Notes under the pieces: generated by a model | What the model saw: the letters and a program-made list of their open reading frames with translations, nothing else | Databases searched by the model: none | What the model was told of the DNA's origin: nothing | Part shown: piece by piece, positions 24,901 through 36,900 of the stretch | How positions within the stretch are numbered: the first letter of the stretch is position 1 | Layout of the letters: each line of letters begins with the position of its first letter | Translations under genes and position numbers: made by a program | NCBI RefSeq assembly: GCF_046119375.1 | Contig: NW_027362768.1 | Location: 369,830,001 to 369,894,000, forward strand | DNA length: 64,000 nucleotides | Direction of reading: 5' to 3' | DNA from: Phyllobates terribilis | Taxonomy: Eukaryota

Positions 24901-27900
24901 CCGGAGCCCCTCTATATCCGGTGATCGCCCGTCACGTTCATCAGTTATTCTTGACGGAACCTGAGTTAGAACGTCGGTGTCTGAGACGCGTCACCCACGC
25001 GTCCAGCAATGCTGGATGACATCCGCAGAAGATCGGGGGCAGTCCTCCAAGATGTTTGGAACAAGCCCCCTGCCGAGATCCTTCTAAGACTGTGTGTAAG
25101 GGACAAGTGACCATGAAGACGTTATGATGGTGACGGGCGGTCGCCAGATACTGATGGGATTTACATTTCTCTTTTTGTTCATTCTCTTTGCATTTTTATA
25201 ATTGATACAAATAAACTATTATCACTTCTATTTTTGGAAGCGTCTTACGCTGCAATATTTTTTCCACACCTGCCTAAAACTTTTTTTGTTTCTCGCTAAT
25301 ATGGAAACCATCATCAAGCAGGCTAGCGCCTGTGCACAGAGCTTATTATAGCTTTATTATAATAGTAATAAGTGTATGACTCTTTTACACCAGAAAATGT
25401 GCACCAGCAGAATAGTGAGTGCAGCTCTGGAGTATAATACAGGAGGTAACTCAGGATCAGTAATGTAATGTATGTACACAGTGACTGCACCAGCAGAATA
25501 GTGAGTGCAGCTCTGGAGTATAATACAGGAGGTAACTCAGGATCAGTAATGTAATGTATGTACACAGTGACTGCACCAGCAGAATAGTGAGTGCAGCTCT
25601 GGAGTATAATACAGGATGTAACTCAAGATCAGTAATGTAATGTATGTACACAGTGACTGCACCAGCAGAATAGTGAGTGCAGCTCTGGAGTATAATACAG
25701 GAGGTAACTCAGGATCAGCAATGTAATGTATGTACACAGTGACTGCACCAGCAGAATAGTGAGTGCAGCTCTGGAGTATAATACAGGAGGTAACTCAGGA
25801 TCAGTAATGTAATGTATGTACACAGTGACTGCACCAGCAGAATAGTGAGTGCAGCTCTGGAGTATAATACAGGATGTAACTCAAGATCAGTAATGTAATG
25901 TATGTACACAGTGACTGCACCAGCAGAATAGTGAGTGCAGCTCTGGAGTATAGTACAGGAGGTAACTCAGGGTCAATACAGGATCATTAATGTAATGTAT
26001 GTACACAGTGACTCCATCAGCAGAATAGTGAGTGCAGCTCTGGAGTATAATACAGGATGTAACTCCGGATCAGTAATGTAATGTATGTACACAGTGACTG
26101 CACCAGCAGAATAGTGAGTGCAGCTCTGGAGTATAATACAGGAGGTAACTCAGGATCAGTAATGTAATGTATGTGCACAGTGACTGCAGCAGCAGAATAG
26201 TGAGTGCAGCTCTGGAGTATAATACAGGATGTAACTCAGGATCAGTACAGGATAAGTAATGTAATGTATGTACACAGTGACTGCACCAGCAGAATAGTGA
26301 GTGCAGCTCTGGAGTATAATACAGGATATATTGTGTTGGACGTCACTTACTACTTCCGCCGGTTCTTGTGTCGTTGCTAATAGTGGAGATACACATCCCA
26401 TGATCAATAGGAAACTGTTCACACTTCAGTATTTCTGGCCACGGGTACCCATAGCACGCCATGATGGGGGCACAGCTGGTCCTCACCGCCTCGCACAGGC
26501 TCCGGCACGGCTTTATAATCCTGTCACTGTAGACATGAGGATGTCATTATTAATTCTAGAAATCACATTTCAGTAACATTTCCCCCTATAATCGGTGTAA
26601 GCCCCTAAGTCGTCGTCAGTTGGAGGATGATCAGTTTGCCGCCTTGCAGTCATTCCCGGTGACAACCCTCCTGGTAGCTGCGGTCACCTTGGTTGTCAGC
26701 CAGCTTTCCCAGACACAGATGTAGCTAATATACTGCCGGCAGGGTGCCGGCCGCCCCTGGTTAGCTGCCATAATCCCTAATCCGCGGCGCTGGGCTCTGG
26801 CGGTAGGTGGCCCTAATTCTGTTGTCAACTTGTATGATTCACTGAAACAAAGAACAGGAGACTCAGCTCTGCCCAGAGAGCCGGAGTGACGCACGTACGG
26901 CTCCATCAGCCGTAATTCAAGGAGACACCCCACAATGCCAAAACCACTAATGGGAAAACACGGCTCCTAATTACCGTGCCAATGACGCAAGTAAGAGTGG
27001 TAAGTCCACATGTGCAGCCAGGAACATAATCGCATCCCCCAGAGGGTATCGGCAGCGCTCTAATGGCCCCTAATGTCTAAATGTCAGGGACGCTCTCGAC
27101 CTTCAGGACGCTCTACTCACTGACGTGCTGCAACCTGGGCTCGGCTCTGTGATAACCCTACACGTTCATGTATCACATGCCAGCGATGGCCGACTGTCTA
27201 TGCTGCACTTTGGAAAGCTCGGGCCACACACTGTATGTCGGACTTATCCAGAGGGTCCGATTCGGCTCGCAGAGGTCAGAATAGTGTCCTTTTAGCCCCC
27301 ATTGGGCATCACGTTGCCCGATGCGATATCATATCCCAATTCGGAACTGATGATGGGCACAAATGGCACGGTTTGGCATTTGCACCCACTGCTTGGCAAG
27401 CTCGTCGTTGGTGCTCCCCCCCCCCCTTTATGCCCTGATCATACATACAGAATGGAAGTGAATAGTTCGAGGGGTACTTTACCCATCCAGACATATCGGT
27501 GCCATTAGCGAGCACAAGAAGATTCTGGCATCCGGGTGGCATTCACGGGCAAGGAGCGGCAGCCAACTGGAAGATTGCTGGATCACCTCCGCCATCGTCT
27601 CGTGCTCCAGCAGATTGGGAATCCTCATGTCTGTATATCCGATGCCATAACATAGGGGCATGTGCTTGGGGATGGTCATACACCGGGACGAGCTGCTCAC
27701 GTACATCGCCCCAGAGACACCGGTCCAAAAACAGAGCAGGACGATCAGATGCCACTTTGGGTATTGGCATCCGGGGCATCTGCCCTGCCATGCACTCATC
27801 ATCTTCATCCCTGCACAGGCGACTGAGTCTCCCCGTAGCCCCAAGCTTGGGGTTTTTATAGGGCCGGGGGACACTTTTTCCTACTAATCCTTTCTCATTA

Positions 27901-30900
27901 AGATCCAGCACACTTGGACAAGACAATCCCACAGTTTGCGTTTGCCAATGGGGCTGATTGTTTGGTCTTGTTAGGGGGGCAGCTTAAACCAGCAGGTGTC
28001 GTAATAGGGGCCGACAAGGAGGCTGAATGTTTGAACTCTCCGGCCTGGCATTATCTCGACCCATTATTGTACTCATGATTGGATCTCTGCTGGAAGCCAT
28101 TTGTCCACCAATCCCCCCCTTTTCTCCGATTTGTGATCATTAACCATTACGTGTTCCTCCTGGCTGTTCTCAAGACACAAAAAAAACAATCATTTATTGA
28201 CCCGGGAGCAAAGGGGGGAGGATAAGTCAGGGCTGTTGATTTAGCCCTGGGGGCGCTCAAACAACCCGTGATGGGACGCCGGGCTCATTAAATGTTTTCC
28301 TTTTTAAAACAATCCTCCACGTCTCATTAAGTTTTTTTAGGATCTGGAGATCAATCACGATGTCTTTTGCTGGGGTGGAAAACGAAAAAAAAATCACATT
28401 TATGGGTTTAAAGGGAAATAAAAAAAAAAATCAAAGTTTTTGAGTTGTTCTTTATCAGTATAGCCGCCCCTACAGACCTCACAGGGGTAGTGAGCAAACT
28501 TCCCCGGACATCTCAAAGCACCGAGGAGGCAAATTCATCTTTTGGGTTGGGTCACAGCATGAGAAATATGTGCAACTTTTGATTTGGGTCCCATGCATTT
28601 TTTGGGGGACTTTGGCCTGAGGTTTCGGGCCAGAATGAAGAGAGGACTGGTTTGGACTCCTTTGCTCAGAGTATCTACAGTTTCCTAAACTTGGCTCAGT
28701 GATTAAGTTCTCTCCTCTTGTCTTGTGTATGAATACCCCAGCCTATAGAAAGTGACTTGTTAGCGCCCCTCCAGGCACCTAGACCCAAGAGGGACATGTC
28801 TTGTCTGCCACAAACCCTAACTATACACCCAAAGTCACAAAAAGTTCCATCCATCCTCTGAACTACCGGCCAAGACGGCTGAGGTCCCGGCCAAGACGGC
28901 TGAGGTCCCGGCCAAGACGGCTGAGGTCCCGGCCGACACGGCTGAGGTCCCGGCCGACACGGCTGAGGTCCCGGCCAAGACGGCTGAGGTCCCGGCCAAG
29001 ACGGCTGAGGTCTGGCCAATCCATATTTTGTGAGATATATGTCTCTTAAAAGATCGAACTACATTTTTTTTTTCTTTATCAAAATGGATCCACAATTTCT
29101 TCCTGAATTATTTATTAGTGCCAGAACTCAGTTTTCTGAAACCAAGCACCAAATCTCCAGCACTGATTTAAAATGCAAGAATTAAAGGGGTTTTCCAGTT
29201 TTGGAAATTCTTCCTACCCCGGTTGCAGTTTATCTTTAAAAAAAACAAAAAAAAAAACAACAACCTGGGCTCTACTCGCCCTCTCCAGCTCCAGCACTGA
29301 GTGTCCACCGAGGCTCCCGGTCTATGGTATTGTCAGCAGCACTGACGGAATGACGACAGCACTGCAGCCAATCACAGAGCTCAGTGGCTCTGCCTGAGTT
29401 AACAGCATGAGCCGCTCAGAGCTGCTGAGCTTACTGATCGGCTGCAGCGCTGCAGAAAATAACAGACTCCGGGAGCAGTGGGAGAGACTCAGCATTGGAC
29501 CCTTGGAGGGTGAGTAAAGCACCGCTGAGGAACAGGGGATTTCAGAAAATGGAAAGCCCCCTTTAAATTCTGCTCTTACCACTTAGGGGGACTGAGTTTC
29601 ACCTGATCACCTTTTCACTTCATAAGAAGTAGATATCCGAACACTGGGGTCCCACTATTGATCTCAAGAATAGAGGTCCCGTGTCCCCCATTTAAGCGGA
29701 AAAGTGGTCGCACGCGCTTTGGGGCTCCAACATTGAGCGTGGCACTCGTCACCAGTCACATGCACAACGCTCCACTCAAATGGTGGACACAGGACCCCTG
29801 ATCTTGTGATCGGCGGGACCCCCAGAGATGAGACTCATCACCTATTTTGTATGTTAACCCCTTAAGTTCTGTGTCTTGTTAATCTGACACCGTGCCCCCC
29901 TGTTTCTTATAACATTCCCAATCCCGTTTTTTGCAGAAATCCCCAACTTTTTATCGGAACAGGAGTGCAAGCTCCTCATCCACCTGGCCCAGCTGAAAGG
30001 ACTGCAGGCCAGCCAGATCCTCCCCGTGGACGGCTACAAGGAGGCCATGGAAAATCTGGAGATAAGCAAGGCCGACATCTTCAATCTGCTGGATCACAAT
30101 CAAGACGGGCAGCTGCAGATAAAAGAGGTGAGGAAAGGGTTAAACAACTGCAGGGGCATTCGGGCTTAAAGGGGGCTCTGCTATCCACCTGGGCAACTTT
30201 GTAATATACCTTGTTTTGGGTTATTCACACCTCTGTTTGCTGTCAGTGAATGAGAAGCAGTCCGGACTGATACTTTTTACCTAAACTGATACATTGTAAC
30301 AAACTATGTGTGGCGCTGTTATGTCTGGGCTCTCCCATATGACTCTTGTCTATTCTCAGGATGATTGATGGTCTCTGTGGTCAGACCCACACTTGATCCT
30401 CAAGTTATCGCCTATCCTTTAAATAGGTGATAACTTTAACTGTCGGGAATATCCCTTTAAGGAGTTATTTCCCGTCCTCATACATAGATATATAGTCTGA
30501 TAGTACTTTTAAATCTAAGCACTTTTGCCATTTACTGCTTGTTAAAATTTTCAGCTGTTCTTGAGATATTCACACTTTTCTTATTGTTTCGTAGCTCGTT
30601 GCCTAGGAGACCGACCACCACTGCTGTCGATAGCTTGCAATCGCTGCGCTGAAGCTGGCCAGAGTTAGGAGTTAACAGCACACTCCAGCGATCCTGGACA
30701 GCTTCAAAACAGCAGGAGAAAAGAACTTGTAAGCACTGCATATGTTCTGAAGTCTAACAGCAGTGGTCGGTCTCCAAGGCAACGAGCTATAAACTAAAGA
30801 AAAGTGTTAATATCTGAAGAACGGCTGAACATTTTAATAAGCAGTAAAGTGCAAAATTGCTTGTATTTACAAGTAAATTTATATTTTTTAAGCTGGGAAT

Positions 30901-33900
30901 ATCCCTTTAAGGCTTTATCTATAGGGAAGGAAAATCTCTTTAAACTGGGTACAGGCTAAAAATGATTTTCTGTAGTATCTCTTTAAGCATTTTGCACCGT
31001 CTACAGGCACCACGCTGCACTGTCTATTGCTGACTGCAGAATGAGTTAACTGAGAATCGGCAAGTGAGCTCATTCTGCTTTACTCCTTCTGAGCTCCTCT
31101 CAGCTGATTAATGACCACCTGAAAGTTGAGGTCACCTGAGAAGGAAGATAAAAGTTATACACTCTCCTATCACAAGGAGCTCACTGATGAATTCTCAGTT
31201 AACTCAATTTTCATGTTTGGTAAACCTCTGCTTGCTGTCAGCAAGTGGTAGAAAGGTGCTAAGGACATCAGACTGATACTTTGTAACAAGCTACCTGGAC
31301 TGAAGAGAGATCACCTAGACTGGGTGCAGTTGTAACAAACCCTCAGTTGTGAGAAGTATTAGGTTTATATGTTTTTGGGTTGTTTTTTTTTTACTTCAAA
31401 CAGGGTTGTGAAGGGGTTAATATGAAGGGGGCTCGCTATGCGCTGGCCACGGGGGTCTTGAAGACCTCGTACTGTACACAAACTCTTCTTCTTATTCTTA
31501 GGAAGATGCTCGAACGCTCATAAAAGCCATTATGTACGGCCATGTTTATATTCTGCTCTTCCCTTACCCATTGTGAAAGAACAGACCCTCCATCATCGGT
31601 GGCACGCACCACATAAACATGCCCGCCTCGCCAACATTTCATTTTTATTGCCAGGGGAACGGGCGTTTGGCTCCGACCCATATAAAGCAAGTGAATGTAT
31701 AGCGAATGCACGGACCCAGCGAGGTCTGCAAAGCCCACCCGGAGCCAGACGTGTCCTGCAGGTCCGGACCCCCGGATATTTACCGATGCAGCAACGTATT
31801 AATCCTGGAATTCTGACCCTATAAAAATCAATAGACAGATACACTGCATGGAGATAAGTATGTGCCCCCCACATCCGCCTCCAGGAGCTTTTCGCAGCTC
31901 CCATACTACATCCATAGACATTAATATGGAGTCGCCCCTCTGCAGATATAACGGCTCCGATCTTCTGGGAAGGATTTTTACAAGATGTTGGTGGCGTCTG
32001 TGGAAATTTTTGTCACTTCATCCATTAGAGCATTTGTGAGGTCAGACCCTGATGTTCGGGGGTCCGGGCTCACAATCTCCATTATAGGATGGGGCTGGGG
32101 TCTGTGCTGCCGCTCATGTTCTCCCCTCCATGTCTGTATGGACCTTGTGCACTGGGCACAGTCATGGGGAACAGAAAAGGGTCTTCCCCAAACTGTTACC
32201 ACAAAGCTGGAAGCTACAATTGTCCACAATGTCTTGTGCTGAACAATTATGATTTCCTTTCATTGGAACGAAGGGCCCAATGCCGACCCCTGATAGCAGC
32301 CCATAGCATTATCCTCCACCATCTGTACAGCGGGAATCACCAAACCCAGACTCCTTCATCGGACGCCGATAGAGAAGTGCGATCCGTCACTGCACAGGAC
32401 ACATCTCCACCAGAGTCCAGTGGTGGCAGCTTTACACCACTCCATCTGATGCTCGGCATCGTGCTTGGTGATGTACGGCTACATGCAGCTGCTCGACCAC
32501 TAAGCTCCCGGCGGGGGCGCAGTGTTTGCACTGATGAGGAGATCTGGACTCTGCAGTTATAGGGTCAGCAGTGACTTTTCAGCCGTCTGCTCCTCACCAC
32601 TCGGCCCCCCAGCGTTACGGGGTCTCCACTTCGGATACGGATAGATATGAGGTATATGGACGGTCAGACATGGGTTAATTCCTGCTTCTCATCAGTATAA
32701 TCGTCCAGTTATAATGACCCGCTGTCTCCGCTGCTCATTAGACCCCAGGGTCGCGCTGTTCACACTAGGAGGCATCAGGCTCTGCGCCGCCCGGCATCGG
32801 GGTAGAGGGGATTTATAGATGAGGACGGAGCATTTCCTCTCTCTCCGTGCTGCAGTAATTGACCCTGGACTTTTACATTGTAGCATTAATATTATTTTAA
32901 TCTCTTCTGCAGGTATTAACCCATTCCCGCCTGGGTAACGGCAGATGGATGACGCCCGAGAATATCCGGGAAATGTACACAGCTGTTAAAGCCGACCCTG
33001 ATGGAAACGGTGAGCCACTCAGTGTCAGTCTGCTGCCGCACGGCTCGCAGTGTTTATATCACCACACCGTCCCGGCTTCGTCTTAATGGATGCGGTCTCT
33101 CGAGTGCTTGGAATAGGATTAGGATAGAATTTCCGCCATGTAGTGGCTGCTAAACTGTAAAATACCGGTTCACTTACTTAATAATGCGTCTCTAGCACTG
33201 GGTTAACCATTTATTTCACTTCTGTTCTCAGTGGGTAACTTAAAGGGAACACGTCGTCAGAAAATGATAGTTTTGTGTTACATGCATTTTTAAAATATAT
33301 ATATTTTTTCAATATAAATTTGCAAGATTTCTATTTTTTTTTAATACAGACCGTGATATGGAAAAATCATAAAAAAAAATACATTTATCACAAAAACCTG
33401 ATTAAAACAATCGGCTCTCTTCGGGTTATCTGATTTAGTATTTTGCAAACTTTTTAGAACTTTTTCCATGTATATTTATTATTTGTGAAAGGTGAAAACC
33501 AGACCAAGACGCTATAAATGTAATAACATCCCTCTGTCTATACGGACCCCAGACCAAACCCGTAAATTTATCAGCCACCCCCCCTTCCCTAGCTAAGACC
33601 CCTAAAATTAATAAAACCTTAGACCGAACCGCTAAACTCATTCAGACACCAAAAAGTAATTTTGGACCCACTGGAAAATTGTTCCGGACCCCTAAAATTA
33701 ATTCCGACTCTAGATCAAACCCCCTTAAAATTTTATATCTGAGGCTGAAACACCCCTATACAATTAGCCAGCCCCCCAGAAAACATCCCTAAAATATTTT
33801 CAGCCACAGATCAGACCTGGAAAAAAAGTAACAGATCCCCAAAAAATAATTCAATCCCAGACCCCTATAATTAATTCAGACCCTAGACTCAAACCTCTAC

Positions 33901-36900
33901 TAGTACTCCATGGTATTCAGGTTCAGTACCCAATATCTGCAGAGCATTGCACTGTCTGCAGAGCATTGCACTGTCGGCAGATCATCCCTCAAGAACACAA
34001 GGCTTAAGACATTGGAAATAATTTCCAGCCCTGGAAGGAAGGTAGCGTGTCCCCCCTGAGACGGAGCAGCTCCAGACATCAGTAATGCCTGCACTGACTC
34101 TAATGTAGGAATGCATAGGACTGCCGGCCGCGGACATTACACAGGACTTCTTGTCTTTTATAGGGGTCCTCAGTCTGGAGGAATTCAAGAAGCTGAACCT
34201 CAGGGACTTCCACAAGTACCTGGGCAATCGAGAAATCACCATGAACGACCTGGTGAGGAATAGTCAGCACACCTGGCTGTACCAGGGAGAGGGCGCCCAC
34301 CAGGTGCTGAGGTCCATACGCCAGCGGTGGGTATACAGGGCAGGACCGGAGACAGTCACCCCCGTCCCCCCCTCTCCCTGTACCTATAGGAAGTAAGGGG
34401 TCAATGCACGAAATCCACCTTGCATTCTCTTAAAATCCACATCTCGTGCACATGAATCAATTCTGCCGCCCCGTTCACACACAGAAGATAATTTTTGTGC
34501 AGATTTTTTTTTGCTGCCACCATAGAAAAAAAAAAGCAGAAGACGTTCTCAGATTCTGCACCGAAAATCCGACTGGGTGATAACGAGGGTGTTCCGTGAT
34601 CTGCGGCAGAAATCCGAGGATCGTGTCCTAAGGTCCTAGTTCACACATGTCCTAAGGTTTAGTTCACACGGAGTTTTTCAGGCGGAAACCGCTGCAGAAA
34701 TCGCTCAGCGTCACTTCTCGCTTTCCATTTCTGCAGTTGGCAGCGATTAATGGTCGCCCATGAAGGGTGTAAATCTCCGATCTGATCGCCTCTTTTCTGT
34801 GACTCCGTCCTACAGTAATTAATGGGGGCAGGTCCTGCACTGTGCGGTCAGAAGGGGATCGCAGACCTCGGCCCCTGCATAATCCGCTCTATTTACTGAG
34901 CCTAATGTGGTGTTAATGGGGGGGGGGGGGGCGGCGGAGGAAATGAGAATCCGGCCTGTCCTGTAATTATCAGCAAACAGCCCGGGAATCCGCAAACACG
35001 GCCGCCCCCCTGTTTACTGCCATTCACTTTGTCCTAATTAATACCATGCGTCGACCAGAAGGATTTATTAGGGCCGTGTTCACACTCCGCATTGAGACGC
35101 TGAAAACGCCACAAAGCAAAACTCTGTGCATGTAGAGATTTCTTCACTCGCTGGCTATAAAACTCTGAGAAATAAGTGCCGCAAACAAAGTTGCACTAGT
35201 TTTAAAGTTTTCATCCATATGCGATAACTGGGGGTCCGAGCGCTCAGACTTAGGGGGGGGGGGGCTGGAGGTGCCGCAGTCCTGTGGAGTGAATGCATCA
35301 CGTGAACTCCGCTCCATTCAGACAAAGCCCCAATCTTGGGATGGATGGGGGTCCTATCGGTCAATCCCACACCGATTATTCAGTTATGGGGGACGACTTG
35401 GTGCACACTTGTTTCAGCGCTGATTTGCAGCCTGGGAGCTTTAAAGTGCTTTTTTTGGGGGGATTTTCAGCACATTTCCAGATTTGAGATTTTATGATCC
35501 AACATTGTTGAATTGCGGTGAGCTGCAATACCAGACACGACCTAACCACAATAGTGGCGCTGTGTCTGGGCCAAGAGAAAAAAAAAAACACCCAAACTCT
35601 TCACATGACAATATTACAACCTTTTGGTTTATTCCCTTTTTTTTTTTTTTTTTTTTTTTTTTAGAGTCATCAAATTAACCCATCTGCCCCCCGATGTGGT
35701 GGAGAACAGCGAGCCCCTGCAGGTAGTTAGGTACAATGCCGGCGGCCATTATCACGCCCACATGGACAGCGGGCCGGTGTTTCCGGAGACTGCGTGCGCC
35801 CACACCAAGCTGACGACCAATGAGAGCTCGCCTTTTGAAACCTCCTGTCGGTAAGAGCCCCCCGATTCCCCCCCCCCCCCCCGTCACTACCCCTGACATC
35901 TGCCCTGTGCCCCTTCCCAGACATGGCCCTAGACAGATATAGAAATGCTGCCCCCTGCTGGATATATAGACATATGACGTGTTCACACCCATGTGCTGTG
36001 CTTTCTTGCCAGGTACGTCACCGTTCTCTTCTACCTAAACAACGTCACCGGCGGCGGAGAGACCACGTTCCCCATCGCTGATAACAGGACCTACGAGGAG
36101 CTGGTGAGCGGCCGCACAATAATGGCCTCCATTAATGGGGTCTTCCACTAGCACTGTACTTCGTCCTCGGAGGTCGGATGCCCACCGAAGCCCCCGGCTC
36201 CATTCAGGATGGGACTGTACAGGATCTCTGGAGTGCCGGGGGTCCCACCTACCCCAATGATAGGGGGGATAGCTTTCAATTTTAGGAAACAGCCTTTAAT
36301 TCTCCCGATTACACAATTCATATTGAGGTCACATCGTTCCCATTCATTGTCTTATTTTTCTCGCTTTTCTTAGTCTTTGATCCAGAACGACGTGGATCTG
36401 AGAGACACGAGGAAACATTGCGACAAGGGGAACCTGCGGATAAAGCCGCGGCAGGGAACAGCCGTCTTCTGGTACAATTACTTGTCCAATGGCAAAGGTA
36501 GGCCGGTGACCAGCAGCAACACCGGGATCTGGGGACTGGCTGCATCGCGGTCTCCTCAATACCCATCTATTTTCCACCAACTTTTTTAGGATAAAGGACC
36601 AGGGAGGCAGAAAAGTTGCAATTTTTAGCATCGTTATCCCTTATCCAAAAGTGATCATGTTTCGATGCCAGAGCTGCGTCGCCCGACCCTTCATATAGCC
36701 CCCTATAGAGTGTAGTCATAAAGCTCTACTAGCAGCCACCACTAGAGGGAGCCTGGGAGCTAATCGCATACAGCCGTCTCCATCCTCATCATTATTTGTC
36801 TATAACGGTCGGTTGGGTTCATATGTAAATAACCCACCTGGAGGTATTTTTTAACATTTTTTCCTGCGCCACGTCTACTTTGGACACTATATTTTTTGTT

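Noticed and set aside
20912-27808. Calling the nested gene sizzled or sFRP1/2/5
   Set aside because: [43 protein letters not shown] and [20 protein letters not shown] match crescent as recalled, not sizzled. A phylogeny is needed for final proof.
27809-27874. ORF-track start at 27874 as the crescent initiator
   Set aside because: It lies upstream of the TATA box (27853-27860) and would add a non-signal leader; ATG 27808 or the next Mets fit better.
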